Of a stretch of DNA of 64,000 nt, positions 24,127 through 37,830 are shown piece by piece. Origin of the DNA: Malacoraja senta (lineage: Eukaryota); NCBI GenBank assembly GCA_038087875.1, contig CM075998.1, forward strand, positions 684,001 to 748,000, read 5' to 3'. The position numbers were made by a program, and so were the translations under genes. How positions within the stretch are numbered: the stretch's first letter is position 1; each line of letters starts with the position of its first letter. The notes beneath the pieces are model-generated. The model had not been told where the DNA came from and searched no databases. It worked only from the letters and a program-made list of their open reading frames with translations.

Positions 24127-24240
24127 TCATCTGTCAATAAACTGAAGATTGATCTGCTGCTCTGGCACCAGCACAGTTCTGGTCATTGGTTTTACGACGC
24201 TGCCTTTGATCTCCTGTCTCACCTCAAAGTGGGTCAGGAT
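24127..24240 (-). CDS. CYP27B1: CYP27B1 exon 9
   Basis: ttttc[39 protein letters not shown]. Confidence 0.95.
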   Translation of the reverse strand: MLTHFEVRQEIKGSVVKPMTRTVLVPEQQINLQFIDR

Positions 24241-27200
24241 CTGAAAAGGAAATGGCATGTCAGGCTCGGTGTTGTTCATCCAGGGGGGATTCTGCACAGT
24301 CGTCAGGACCTTGCATTTGTCTTAGCCGTACCGGCATTTCAAGGGTTAGTCCGCAAGTACCAGCTGTTTCGGAGGGGACCTGGCGGGGGGTCGCCCACTG
24401 CCGCGTGCGGCAGCAAGCAGAAGATAGAAGTGTTTGGTGAACATTTGTAACTTTGTCAACGCCAGAAATGTGGCGACTCATGTGTACTGCCTAGGTGAGG
24501 CCTGCTGTATGATTTTACCGGGTTGTATGCAAAGCCGAGCATTTCACTGTATCCAGGTACATATGACAATAAAGTGTTATTGAATCATGAAGACACTATC
24601 AAACATTTACAATGACTATTCCTCTGGTTGGAGAAAGAGTCCAGAACAAGGGCCACAAACTTAAAATCGGAGCCAGAGCTTTTTCCTCACACAGAGATTT
24701 GGGACAATCTGGAATTCTCCCTCCTCACGACTGAGATGGATGGGTTTTCTTTGTATAATTACAGAGGGAAAATGGGCTCAGAGGCAGAGATCAGCTGCAG
24801 TCTGACCTGGCGGGGGGTGTGGCAGGCCAGGGGGAGGGGTTGTATAGCCTCCTCCTATCCCCATGTAACAGACTATGGGTCTGGAGTCACATAAAAGCCA
24901 GACAAGCCAAGTACAGCAAATCTGTCTCGTGATTGCTTTTACGTTTCAAAACAAGACTGGTAGACTCATGGTCACTGGCACAGATACTGACTTTTTATTT
25001 CATGAACTGAATTTAAATTCCCAGTTTTCAAAGTGGGATTTAAACTCGCACTTTCTGCTTCTCGACCATCACGCTACCCTCCCTCAGAGCCTACATTCAC
25101 CACAGAGTTCAAATCCAACTTACTCTTGCCAGAGCCAGGTAGAGCTCCAACTCTGCGATTCTTCTTCCGATACAGCTTCGCTTCCCGAAGCCAAAGGGGA
25201 TGGAGGCGTAAGGATGGAAATTGTTGTCCTTGTGAAGCCATCGCATCGGCTGGAATGAGTCAGGGTTGGGGAAGACCTCTTTGTCTCGTGAGGTTGCGTA
25301 GTGACACAGAGTGATCAGAGTCTGGGCAGAAGGACAGAGAGCATCAGAACCAGACCCGAGTCAGAGAATCCTACCTCACACATAGTGGACATAACCTCAA
25401 GGTTAACCAACCAAACCAGGGTGCTCGGAGAAAACTTTGAGTGTCTGAGTGACAAGTTGCTGCTCAATGTCACAATCACTTTTCTCATCAACTATATTAC
25501 ATAGTCTTCTCCATGCATAATAGAACGCTTAAAGGGATGTAAAATGGTAATAGCTGCATTTAACTATATGAAGAGTTCTCATAGAATGAGATTGGGCCAA
25601 CTGCTCATTTTTGAGTAGCAACTGATAGCTCTTCAACTCCACAGAGTGTCACCCTTCCAGACTCAGGCCTTAATTACCCAACTGAGGGAAGAGAGATACT
25701 CATGGGTCACTTCTACCACTCTCCTATAAGTGGCTTCCAAAGCCAGGCCTTCAGAAGAACTCCAATCTGACTGTCACTGACACAAATTTACCTTGGCAGC
25801 AGGCTGTGAGTGAATGCTGGAGGGATGTTCCCCACACAGAATACAAGGCGTTGTTCTAATTTACTGTTGAGATTACCTGCACATTTTCTGCTTCTGACAA
25901 TTTGGTGTTTTCTTAAAACATACTATTTGAATCAACGAGTTAGAAGTAGATATAGTAAAACACTCCAAAGCCACTGCAGGGTTTTTGTTTTAATGAAAAA
26001 ATTCTTAAGAATCTCTGCACTTACATTTTGAGGAATGATGTATTCTCCAATTTGGATATCCTTATCTGGAATCACACGGGCATTACCTGGTATTACAGGG
26101 TAAAGCCTAGAAAGTGCAGAAATGGTACATTACACATGTGTTTCAGCTTTCAGTCATGATACCAAAGGTTGGGGGGAAAGGAAAGGAGAGGTGCAACACA
26201 TCCCGCAACATTGTGCCACCAGCTCACCTTTCCTCCAATCTCAGAACATGGGGAGATCAGAGGAGGAAATGCCAAAAAGGTGATGGACAAGGAGATAGTG
26301 GGGACGGAGGTGACGGACCGGGAGGTGACAGGCGAGGAAATCAACTGTCTTGTGAAGGCACCCACAGCTGCCAGGTAGCAACACCCACTCTCACCCCCTC
26401 ACCTCAGTATTTCCTTCACAACAGCTTTCAGAAGCGGAATCTTTGCCACGTCAGCAGCTGAAGGGATGGGTTTGTCGCCAATTGTCTCTCTTATTTCACG
26501 GTGCAGGGCTGCTTGAATATCCGGGTGCCGGGCCAACTCGTAAAGGCTCCATGACATTGTGCTGGAAATCTATCCAAATGGGAGAGGGAACACAGGTTAG
26601 CTGTCAGTATTTCAACTGGGGGGAGGGGGGGTGGCACAGTGGTGCAGCTGATAGCGCTGCTGCCTCTCAGTTCCAGCAATCCCTGTTCAATTCCAACCTC
26701 TGGTGCTCTCTGCGAGGAGTTTGCACGTTCCCCCTGCATTGTCAAAGGGGAAATGAATAGTGTGCTGTCCAAGAGAGGTGCTTTGCACTTTCAGGGAGTG
26801 ACACATTCTGGGAGGAGGAAGGGGTGTTGCACTGTCAGAGGGGGGCAATGTCAAGGGTGTGCCACACTATTAGAGGGGTGTGGTGTCGAAGGAGTGCTAC
26901 ATGGTCAGAAGTTCAGTGCCTGTACCTAATCTTAAACTAAGGCCCTGTCTGCACTTACACATGAATGTTAAAAATCCTAATATTTTGAAAAGAAGGGTAA
27001 TTGTGGTCAGTATTTATCCCTCAAACGACATCTCTTCAAACATAAACTACATGATCGTTATCACTTTGTGGGTTTGTGGAAGCCTGCTGTGCATACAGTG
27101 ACAACACTTCAGAAGTACGCCACTGGCAGTGAAGCACTTTGAGATGTTATGAGAGGGACAAGAAAGTTGCAGTTGAAATACACGTCTTTGAAACCCTGGG

Positions 27201-30200
27201 TAGGTGTGTGGGTGTGACCCACAGGTCCTGCCCAATCTGAACTTTGCACCCCCACCTCGCTACCGATGATAGAACCTGAAGCTCATGTAAGCAAGTCACA
27301 CGCACTTACAGTGTCCACACCAGCCAGCAGCAACTCGGTGACATTTCCATAAATGGTTCTCATCGGGAGCTTCTGGGTGGAAAGGAAGTAGGTCAGGTAC
27401 GTTCCCTCGACTGGTTGGCTTCTTGCTAACTTATGTTGAACTTCAACCATCCTTCTATCGATGTGTCCTTTGGCTGCACAGTGAAGGCATTGTAAGTTTT
27501 GGGGAGAAACATCCATCTGCATCGCCTCCCCAATCGCCACTTCACACAACAAGCTGGGGGAGTCTGCAGTTTATAAATGTATTCATTTTTCAGGATGTGG
27601 GCATCACTGGTAACACCAACATTTATTGCTCATCCCTAACATCGCAGAGTCAATCCCAGGAAGAAGGGTCTCGACCCGAAACGTCACTTATGCATGTTCT
27701 CCAGAGATGCATCAAATGTTTCACACTAGGATTACTGTGAGCGGCACGGTGGCGCAGCTGTAGAGTTGCTGCCTTAGAACACCAGAGGCCCGGGTTCGAT
27801 CCTGACTATGGGTGCTGTCTGTATAGAGTAGGGTGCTCTGGTTTCGTCCCACACTCCAAAGACGTACAGGTTTGTAGGTTAATTGACTTTAGTAAAATTG
27901 TAAATTGTCCGTAGTGTGTGTAGGATAGTATTAGTGTACAGGGATTGCTGGTCGGTGCGGACTCAGTCGGCCAAAGGGCCTGTTTCCACGCTGAATCTCT
28001 AAAGTCTAAAGAGCTCATCCAATATTTAATGGTTTGTTTAAGATTCCAGCATCTGCAGTTCCCTGCATCTTTATGTCTCTCTCTCTTCGCTCTCATCAGT
28101 CTCTACCACCCACAAAGAGAACCTCACTCAGACAACATTCCTGCTTCAATCCCTCAGCCTCAACATATTGACAACACAAACTCCTCACCAAAGGCGAACA
28201 TGTAATCCCAGCAGGCGACAAATCTCTGCCAGGGTCCCGGGTAGATTTTGTGCAGGAACTTGGGCATGGCCATGGTGAGGAGCGTCATTTGGAACATGGT
28301 GTTAATTGACTGGATAAAGTCTTCTGTTTCTTTGGGAACGTCCGTCTTGAGGCAGCCAATCCGGGTCTCAAAGAGCACCGCGGAGATACCTAGGAAGAGT
28401 GGGCAGTGAATTAACATATGAGTTGTGTGGTTCTTTATGAATTTAGCCTAGAGCGTCAGAAGGTCCTTTCATCTTACTCCAGTTTCAGGAGTGTGGTCTT
28501 GGTAAGCTGCCCTCAGGGCCTCTTCACTGAGAGCATACATCAGGCCACAGCGTGGGACCTCACCCCCACTTCTTCTGCATCTCTCACAAGCTTGGGATGT
28601 CCCAAAGAGATTTGCACCTCGTGTCATGCAGCCACTGCGCTGTAATGAATGACCCATGGCCGCCAGCATGCATAGCAAGATCCCACGGGTAGTGGTACCA
28701 CGGAGACCTGGCTGGCTGCTTTGGTGATGATGGCTAGGGAGGGGTTCAGAGGAGGACACAAAATCAGAGAGTGTTGATCTTGGGATGCAGCATAGTGGGA
28801 CGTTAACGCCGCCCTGCTGGGCACTGGGAGGGGTGGTCGGGATACACCACGGGAGCCCGGGACAAGGGCATCATTGGCTGCCCCAACCAATTCTACTGTC
28901 ATGGCAGGGAATTTGTACACTCTGCTGTAGTTGAAGGGAGAGCATGCAAAAACAAAACAGGCCCATCCTCCGAGATTCCCACTTGGATTAAGATACCATC
29001 TCCGTCAAGGCAAGAACGGTTGGAGTGAATTGATGAAGAAAGTTGCTGCAGATGCTGGAAATCTGAAATCAGAGTGCTGGAAATACACAGCAGGTCAGAC
29101 AGCACCCACAGAGAGGGAAACAGAGTGAACGCTTGAGATCCAAGACCATTCATCTGGGCTGGAGCAGGGTCTGAAGGTGGAGTGGGAAGAAGCTGCTGAT
29201 TCTTTATCCCTCACCTTCCAATCCAAACTTGTAGAACTCGCCAGCCACGTCCCTGACCAGGAGGCGGCTGCTGCTTGCCCTCTGCTGACGCAGGCGAAGG
29301 ACCAGGTCAGTGATGACATTGTTAAGGACACTGTCGTACGCCGCCACTTGCTTGGGCTTCAGCATGTGCTTGCTGAGCGTGCTGCGGAGTTCCTGCCACT
29401 CCTCGCCCTCCCTGCAAGAAAGAAAGACTTTGAGTTCAGGTGGGAGAACCGTCATGTACACTCACTGGCACTGCCATCCGCAGGTCTGGGTACCAATTGA
29501 CTGCATTGTGCAGTGACTGGACTAGGCCACTCGGCCCCACATGCCTGCCCCACCTTTCAATATGATCCTCTCTGATCTGCCCCAGTCGCTCGCTTTACTA
29601 TTCTCCCTTTAGAAACGTCTGGCTAACTCCCCTAAAGGAAAAAATAAAACACATTGTCTATCTGTACACTACCCCAAAAATTAAAAAAAACCTAGCGGGT
29701 GTTGGAAATCTGAAACAAAGCCAAAAAAGCTGGAATTACTGGGCAGCCCGGCAACATCCATGGAGGAAGAGTTAACATTATCAATCTACAACATTAACTC
29801 TGTTTCCTTCTCCAAGGATGCTGCCTGACCTGCTGAGTGTTTATGGCATTTTCGTTTTTTGCTGCAGATTGTTTGCCAGGGTATCAGGAACACTCCACCA
29901 CCCACGCTTCCATTTGTGCTGAGGGGTCTGAGGCACGGGGGCAGGCCTGGGGTCTAACTCCTCCCCTGAGCAGGCGCAGAGACACCCAGCCACGGTGATC
30001 TACTCACGCAGTGAGGAGCCCGTACGCGTGTCCTCGGTGCTGCCTGTAATCTTTCCAAGACGACAAATGCGATCGGATTGGGTGCTGGCCCTCCTGCCGC
30101 AAGACTTGTTCGATTAACGCTGGATCTGCAATGTGTACGGTGAGGATAGGACCAAAACGGGCCTTCCACACTGGCCCGTACTTCGCCTTGCCCTCAAGCT

Positions 30201-32427
30201 ATTAAACAAGAGGGAGGATGAAGAAGAGAGAAACAAGGCACTGCAGATACTGCTTTACAAAATAAGACACAAAGTGCTGGAGTAACTCAGTGGGTCAGGC
30301 AGCATCTCTGGAGAACGTGGTTAGGTGACCATAACACAGATGCAGAATTAAGCGATTCTACCCATCATATCTGCTCCACCATTTGATCATGGCTGATCTA
30401 TTTTTCCCTCTCAAACCCATTCTCCCCGTAACCTTTGACACCCTTATTGATCAAGAACCTATCAATCTCCACTTTAAAAATACCGAATGTCTCGGACTCC
30501 ACAGCCGTCTGTGGCAATTAATTTCACAGATTCACCCTCTGGCTAAAGAAATTCCTCATCTCCATTCTAAAGGTACGTCCTTTTATTCTGAGGCCGTGCC
30601 CTCTGGTCCTAGACTCTCCCATCACTGGAAACATCCACTCTTTCCAGGCCTTTCATTATTTACTAGGTGTCAATGAGATCCCCCTCATCCTTCTAAACGC
30701 CTGTGGGTACATGCCCAGAGCCATCAAATGCTTCTGATATGTTAACCCAATCATCCCTGGGATCATTCTCTAAACCTCCTCTGGACCCTCCCAATGCCAG
30801 CACATCCTTCCTCAGAAGTTTTGGGTCGGGACGCGTCTTCAGATGGGAATGTGGCCAAGGATGTTAATATGGTGACCGTTTAACCCTTCAGTTCCCCAGT
30901 TCAGCCTGAGTCAGAGGACCTTGAAGAAGGTAATTTCAAAAGAGTGTCCAAAGCCAACCAACTTAAACAGCACAACAGGGTTTATTTCCGTCAAATCATC
31001 CCCCAACCTGCAAATCCATGTGTCCCAGAGTCAGCAGCCGACTGGGCATTAATTGACTTATTTAAAAAAGGAAACAGATTGACATTCGTTGAGGTGAGAG
31101 GTTGCTGTACTTTTGAGACTTTTGTTTGCAGAAGGGTCTTTATTCATAATATATTTACGTCAATTGTACCAGCAATTCAATCCAATCTCTTACAACAAGA
31201 ATTAATAGGGGCAACTTTTTCACACAGAGGGTGGTGAGTACATGGAACGAGCTTGCCAGAGGAGGTCGTTGAAGCAGGCACAACATTTAAAAGACATTTC
31301 GACAGGTACACGATAGGAAAGTTTTAGAGGGATATGGGCCAAACGCATGTTTCCGTGCTGTATGACTCTAGTTAATGCCACCCATGTTTCCTCCTTAAGA
31401 CATTGCACTAGTGAAGCATAGAGAGGCAGTTACACAGGCCCAACCCTCCTACGTCCAGCGGCACCACAACTCTAGACTGTAATCTAGAGAGAGATTTCAA
31501 GAGAGAGTTAGAGTTAGATTTAGCTCTTCGGGTGAAAGGAATCAAGGGATATGGGGAAAAAGCAGAAACAGGGTACTGACTAGATGATGAGCCATGATCA
31601 TATTGAATAGCGGTGCTGGCTTGAAGGGACAGGTGGCTTACTCCTGCACCTATTTTTCTATGTTTCTAGTCCTGTCCTTAGCATAGGGATTTCTGAGCCA
31701 ACAACACCTTGGAATCATTTTCAGCGGGTCAAGTAGGCAGCTTACCACACGCTTCTGTTGGGGATGGGCAGGGCTATTATCCAAATTATTTAAAAAATAG
31801 TTAATACTTGTGAATATTTTAATTTTAATCAGATTATAGGAGAGATAATTTAGAGATGCTTACAATAGGAAGGGGAAAATCACGGAAACACTAGAAGGGG
31901 CAATGTGCCAGGCTGTGGAGTGAGTGGAGCCAATGGAGAGCTTTCGCAGAGCTGACTCAGGCTTAATGGGCCAAATAGCCTTCTCCTTTGCTGTGCTGTG
32001 TGATTCTGAGTACAGTTAGCAAGTAGCACTATGAACCGATAATTCAGTCAAGACTCTGATATCCTGAGAGGAACCTCTAATTAAACAGGGACAGCAAAAT
32101 ATTAGAAGCAAAATACTGGAATTCCGAAATAAAAGTAAAATGTGCTGGAAATACCCAGCAAGTTAGGCAACACCCAAACATCATTGAACTGCCATTCAGT
32201 CTGAATGTGTTTTCAATGATGTTAGAACAAGTTGTTCTTACCTGCAGCTCATGTAACCTGGTCATCCCTTTATTGAAGAAGAGATCGTAGGCAAAGCGGA
32301 CAGCGCTAGGACCCGGCATGTCAGCAAGAGTTGTCGGACTCTTGGCCAGAACTGGCTTCGCCAGCTTCCCTGCAACACACCTGCCGCACACGGGGAAGCG
32401 GTTAGCTAGCTTTAGAAGTAAAGACAT
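24127..32427 (-). CDS. CYP27B1: 25-hydroxyvitamin D 1-alpha-hydroxylase; whole gene join(32242-32427,30008-30198,29215-29411,28189-28389,27310-27473,26403-26569,26025-26106,25124-25321,24127-24240), 1500 nt = 499 aa
   Basis: Nine GT-AG exons with consistent phases. I-helix [13 protein letters not shown], heme motif [12 protein letters not shown]1-type [15 protein letters not shown]. Adjacent to METTL1. Confidence 0.95.
25124..25321 (-). CDS. CYP27B1: CYP27B1 exon 8 (heme-binding)
   Basis: [13 protein letters not shown]...[31 protein letters not shown]|GTaagt. Confidence 0.96.
26025..26106 (-). CDS. CYP27B1: CYP27B1 exon 7
   Basis: [27 protein letters not shown]|GTaagt. Confidence 0.95.
26403..26569 (-). 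CDS. CYP27B1: CYP27B1 exon 6
   Basis: [23 protein letters not shown]...[11 protein letters not shown](R)|GTgag. Confidence 0.95.
27310..27473 (-). CDS. CYP27B1: CYP27B1 exon 5
   Basis: (A)KGHIDRR...[15 protein letters not shown]|GTaagt. Confidence 0.95.
27741..28011 (+). mobile_element. tRNA-derived V-SINE (HE1-like), near full length
   Basis: ggcacggtggcgcagctgtagagttgctgcc...gggttcgatcctgact head, body, and CR1-like tail ggccaaagggcctgtttcc...ctctaaagtctaaag. Confidence 0.8.
28189..28389 (-). CDS. CYP27B1: CYP27B1 exon 4
   Basis: (G)[13 protein letters not shown]...[13 protein letters not shown]...WDYMFAF|GTgag. Confidence 0.95.
29215..29411 (-). CDS. CYP27B1: CYP27B1 exon 3
   Basis: [12 protein letters not shown]...[14 protein letters not shown](G)|GTgag. 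Confidence 0.95.
30008..30198 (-). CDS. CYP27B1: CYP27B1 exon 2
   Basis: [37 protein letters not shown]...YGLLT(A)|GTgagt; 191 nt. Confidence 0.95.
30330..30815 (-). mobile_element. CR1 3' fragment
   Basis: Reverse complement of a CR1 ORF2 end (aaggatgtgctggcattgggagggtccagaggagg...gggagagtctaggaccagagggcac). Confidence 0.75.
32242..32427 (-). CDS. CYP27B1: CYP27B1 exon 1
   Basis: gcg[14 protein letters not shown]...TLADMPGPS...GMTRLHELQ|GTaag; basic mitochondrial presequence. Confidence 0.9.
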
Positions 32428-32479
32428 CGCAGGTACCCTGTTGAAACAGTGCAATCATCCTCACCTTCATTCTGCTGGG

Positions 32480-32485
32480 TTTATA
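32480..32485 (-). promoter_or_regulatory. Candidate TATA box of CYP27B1
   Basis: TATAAA on the minus strand ~53 nt upstream of the ATG; CCAAT-containing CpG patch at ~32600-32700. Confidence 0.4.
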
Positions 32486-32949
32486 TTGATGCAGCAGTGG
32501 CTGTCAACCAAGGTTGATGGCGAGAGGGGAGGGGGCTCGGTAAATTGACCGATCAGGAGCTGAGCTGCAGATGTATCTTTCCTACTATAAATATTAATAA
32601 GCGGCCGAACCAATCAAGACACGCGGCTTCTGTTGTTCGGCGCCAGATATTTCATGGGACATTCCAGACATCGGAGCGAGATTGATGGTTCATGGTAGCG
32701 GGAGAAAAGAAAATATGAAATGGCTGCGTGTCTGTTATTTTTAAACATGGTCACATTTCAAAACTGACAGTATTTTTATTTATTTATTTGAGCGTGAAGA
32801 GGGATTTATAGTATTTAAGACCAGTCGATTTTATAAATACATTGAAACAGATCCCGACCAGAAACGTTGCCTATCCATGTTCTCCAGATGCTGCCTGACC
32901 GGCTGAGTTACTCCAGCACGTTGTGTCCCATTCTTAGTACTTTAGAAAA

Positions 32950-33203
32950 ACACGGAAAAAAACCTTCGGCCCATGGAGTTCACACACTAGTTCTATGCTA
33001 TCCAATTTTCTCATCCACTCCCTACACACTCTGGTCAATTTACCGAAGCCAATTAACCTACAAACACGCAGGTCTTTGGGGTGTGAGATGGAATCGGAGC
33101 TCCCGGAGAAAACCCACACGGTCACTGGGAGAACGTGCAAAACTCCACAGACAGCACCAGGATCGAGCCCGGGTCTCTGACGCTGTGAGGCAGCGGCTCT
33201 GTG
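32950..33203 (-). mobile_element. V-SINE (HE1-like)
   Basis: Reverse complement of gctgcctcacagcgtcagagacccgggctcgatcctggtgctgtctgtggagtt... Confidence 0.75.
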
Positions 33204-35553
33204 CCGCCCATTCTTTTTTAAGAGATGACCCACGGTATCCCTTAGGACCCATATAAACTATATGAGCAGATTTGACACCCCAACACTCGCTTCACCCACT
33301 GCAGTCTGGTTGACATTCTTTTATGTTATTTAAGACCGGTTAATTTATAAATATATCGAACATGTATGGTCTTCAACCTTCATCGGAGTTAGGGTTCCAG
33401 TTCCCGATTTCACCCAGATTTGGCCCTATATAAGATGTCCTTCTTTTGAAGGTTTTGGAATGTGTTGCTCATTTCTCCATCCCTCGTCCGTAAGAGGATT
33501 GGGAAGTTCACGGGTAACGCCAATGTTTAATACAGTAAATTTGCAGAGTTTTGGTCAGTTGGTGATTTTCATATTAATATTTCCCTGCTTTAAGTTGGAA
33601 ACAGATACATTTTGAAAACCGAAGTTATACTGATGACGAGGTGTCATGACCTCGTAACCAACAACCCCCACTCACAATCAGAGCTCTCGGTGACTCGCAC
33701 TGTCCTTTTGTCAGGGTACACAAAAGCACCTAGTGATGGGGCAACGTTACAAATGGAAAACTACAAGAAAAATGCATTTGATTACAATGTCTTGCAACAC
33801 GCAGCGGGATGATGTCCTGTGCGGAGCAGTACACATATTACAACAGAATCCCCTTTCGTGACATTCTGTACCTGATTTCCAAATCACCAAATGAAGAAAT
33901 TTATGAGTTCTTTAAAAAAAACCAGATGATTCTGCACAGATCTTGAAAGGGTCCAGTCCAAGGTTCAGATTTCACCAGTTAATATTTTGGTTGGGGAGAA
34001 GAGGAGGAGGAGGGAGGGGGCACGTCTATCGCCCTCCACCATGAGAAATCAGTGCGTTTTTTTTATTGTTCACTCCTAATTCCCCTTATGAAGGTAGTGC
34101 CGAGTACGCTGCTCGAACCACCGGTGAAGGAGTTCTCACCATGTTAATTAAAACAGGAAATGCTGGAAACATGAGGCAGGTTGCGAAGTGGCAGTGGAGA
34201 AACAGTTCAGTCCGAGACCTTGGTCAGAATTGGGACCTGAAACGTTAGTTATTTCATTCCACAGCTACTCTACGACTTGCTGGGCATTTCCATTAGCTTC
34301 TGTTTTGATATCAGATTTACAGCACCTGTAGATTGACTTTTTAAACCATTTTCATTCCACTGTGCTATTAAGCAGAAAGCACCAAAATTTAGACTCAGAG
34401 ACAAGAAAGGAATGGCGACATTTCCAAGTAGGGCTGGTATGTGACTTGGAGTGGAACCTGCAGGTGGTGGTGTTCGCTTGCATCAGATGCTCTTATTCCT
34501 CTGGCTGGGCCAGATGAGAAACATACTGGCCCTATGCACCACTGGAGGATGGGGTGTTAAGTGGACCACATTATCCTGGATGGTGCAGTGCTAAGCTTCT
34601 TTGGAGTTGTTGCATTTACACACATCCAGGCAAGTTCCAGCCACATTTACATTTCATGGAAGCTGTCATTGACAATCGCTATTTACAATGTAATTTTTGT
34701 GGCAATGTTCTCAAAAATCAATCAACATCACATTCATTAATGGTTAGGGGACTATTTTCATTTGAATAATTCAACTGATTTAAAAATCTTTGTTGATTTT
34801 CTAGGTTCCAAGTACAGCTACATTCCCGTAATTAAAAACTGTTAGCTTTTAACGGTTGTTAAATAGAATGAATACTTCAATAACATAAATGTCACTCCAC
34901 TGGAATGGTCAATAAGAATTACAAAACCAGGTGGTGTACAATTTTAATATTGAATCAATTCTCAAACCCATTATTTGTTTTCAATTTCTTTTGCATAATA
35001 TTTTGAGATCACACACTGGACACTACAAATTTGGACTTTCTGTCAGAGAATGACCATCAACTCAAGCCAAGTGACACAGAGTCCTGAGCAAATACTTAGT
35101 ACATTCTCCATATCTCTACTCATTTAATTGTTCCAAACTGGGCAGATCACCAGGGCAAAGCTTTCCATTTAGGTTTAGTTTTACATGCAAACACAACCCA
35201 TCAAGATCAATAGATGTCAATCCTGCACTGTAATCCTGGTGACCACATAGGTCAAGCCACTGACTGCAAAAATACCTCAGAAAAATTATTATCTTGCACA
35301 AGACAATAATTTTATACAAAAAGCAGCAGTACCTTCAGTGGTCAGAAACTAGAAGCTTTTTCTGAAGACACCCAATCTATGGTTAGAAACCTTTAGTTTT
35401 TAAATTCTGAATGCATTTCATAAATGTTCTAATTCCATCCAAACAGTTTCATAACTCAAAGATATAAGCAAAAATAAACAGAAAATGGAAGGGTGTCTGC
35501 TAACCTGGGACAAATTCCAGATATTTATTTTTAAACTATTTTTTTTATTTGTA

Positions 35554-37043
35554 ACATAGATACATAGAAAATAGGTGCAGGAGTAGGCCATTCGGCCCTT
35601 CGAGCCTGCACCGCCATTCAATACGATCATGGCTGATCATCCAACTCAGTATCCCGTACCTGCCTTCTCTCCATACCCCCTGATCCCTTTAGCCACAAGG
35701 GCCACATCTAATTCCCTCTTAAATATAGCCAATGAACTGGCCTCAACTACCCTCTGTGGCAGAGAGTTCCAGAGATTCACCACTCTCTGTGTGAAAAAGT
35801 TTTTCCTCATCTCGGTCTTAAAGGATTTCCCCCTTATCCTTAAGCTGTGACCCCTTGTCCTGGACTTCCCCAACATCGGGAACAACCTTCCTGCATCTAG
35901 CCTGTCCAACCCCATAAGAATTTTGTACGTTTCTATAAGATCCCCTCTCAATCTCCTAAATTCTAGCGAGTATAAGCCAAGTCTATCCAGTCTTTCTTCA
36001 TATGAAAGTCCTGACATCCCAGGAATCAGTCTGGTGAACCTTCTCTGCACTCCCTCTATGGCTATAATGTCCTTCCTCAGATTTGGAGACCAAAACTGTA
36101 CGCAATACTCCAGGTGTGGTCTCACCAAGACCCTGTACAACTGCAGTAGAACCTCCCTGCTCCTATACTCAAATCCTCTTGCTATGAAGGCCAACATACC
36201 ATTCGCTTTCTTCACTGCCTGCTGCACCTGCATGCCTACTTTCAATGACTGGTGTACCATGACACCCAGGTCTCGCTGCATCTCCCCATTTCCTAATCGG
36301 CCACCATTTAGATAATAGTCTGCCTTCCCGTTTTTGCTACCAAAGTGGATAACCTCACATTTATCCACATTATACTGCATCTGCCAAACATTTGCCCACT
36401 CACCCAGCCTATCCAAGTCACCTTGCAGTCTCCTAGCATCCTCCTCACAGCTAACACTGCCCCCCAGCTTAGTGTCATCCGCAAACTTGGAGATGTTGCT
36501 TTCAATTCCCTCGTCCAGATCATTAATATAAATTGTAAATAGCTGGGGTCCCAGCACTGAGCCTTGCGGTACCCCACTAGTCACTGCCTGCCATTGTGAA
36601 AAGGACCCGTTTACTCCTACTCTTTGCTTCCTGTTTGCCAGCCAGTTCTCTATCCACATCAATACTGAACCCCCAATACCGTGTGATTTAAGTTTGTATC
36701 CTAATCTCTTATGTGGTACCTTGTCGAAAGCCTTCTGAAAGTCCAGATACAACACATCCACTGGTTCTCCCCTATCCACTCTACTAGTTACATCCTCGAA
36801 AAATTCTATAAGATTCGTCAGACACGATTTACCTTTCGTAAATCCATGCTGACTTTGTCCAATGATTTCACCACTTTCCAAATGTGCTGCTATCCCATCT
36901 TTAATAACTGACTCTAGCAGTTTCCCCACTACCGATGTTAGACTAACTGGTCTGTAATTCCCCGTTTTCTCTCTCCCTCCCTTCTTAAAAAGTGGGGTTA
37001 CGTTTGCTACCCTCCAATCCTCAGGAACTACTCCAGAATCTAA
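35554..37043 (-). mobile_element. CR1 LINE, 5'-truncated, uninterrupted RT/C-terminal ORF
   Basis: 427-aa ORF at 35646-36929 (SQHGF, DFQKAFD, GVPQGSVLGP, FADD, RVVNLWNSLP) with (ctatgtat)-type tail. Confidence 0.95.
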
Positions 37044-37329
37044 AATAACGACATGAACAAGCCTACAAAATATTCCCTAAACCCCAAAAGAATCCTTATC
37101 TAATCTCCATATTCTGGGTCAAAAGGCCATGTATGCATTTCGGTATTTAGAGCCTTAACTCATATGATGAACCTTTCGGTTAATTATTACCAGCCCTGTG
37201 CTGTAGTTACCAACCCACCTGTCTGAAACCAAAGCAATTTCAACGCAAATGGCCAAAGAATTAGTGTCTAAGATAGAACAGTAAACTTGATCTATGACTG
37301 GTGTCAAAGTGTACCTGAGGCAGTTGAAG

Positions 37330-37830
37330 GACTGTGCGCAGTTTTGGTCACCACACTATAGGAACGATGTGGCTGCACTGGAAGAGTGCAGAGGACATTC
37401 ATCAGAATGTTGCCTGAGATAGAGCACTTCAGTTAAGAGGAGAGACTATGAAGGCTGGGCTCATGTTCCTTGGAGTGGAGGAGGCAGAGGTGGGACCTGA
37501 TGGCAGTGTACACATTTATGAGGGGTATAAATAAGATAGCTGATATGAAACTATTCCCTATAACACAGGTGCCCAAAATCAGATACTTCCAGTTTAAGAT
37601 GAGGGGCCAGGACCAGAGGAAGGATTTTTTTTCATCCAAAGGATGTTTGGAATTGGGAATGCAATTGTCCGAGAGGATGGTGGAAGCAGAGACCAACAAC
37701 ATTGAAGTATTTACATGAGAACTTGAATCACCAAGGCAAAGAAGGCTCAGGAAGAAGTGCTGGTAAATGGGAGCAGTATAGATGGGTATTTGATGGTCAG
37801 CATAGGCACAGTGGGCTGAACGACCCATTT
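37330..37830 (+). mobile_element. Old, degraded CR1 3' fragment
   Basis: tgtgcgcagttttggtcaccacactataggaacgatgtg...ttccttggagtggaggagg, the CR1 CVQFWSP.YR region. Confidence 0.7.

Noticed and set aside
27741..27810. tRNA-like A/B boxes here and at 17.9, 43.8, 47.7, 50.6, 53.4 and 59.7 kb
   Set aside because: These are SINE heads, in most cases running into SINE bodies, not tRNA genes.
24127..32427. CYP27A1, CYP27C1 or CYP24A1 as alternative identities
   Set aside because: Motifs and position next to METTL1 fit CYP27B1.
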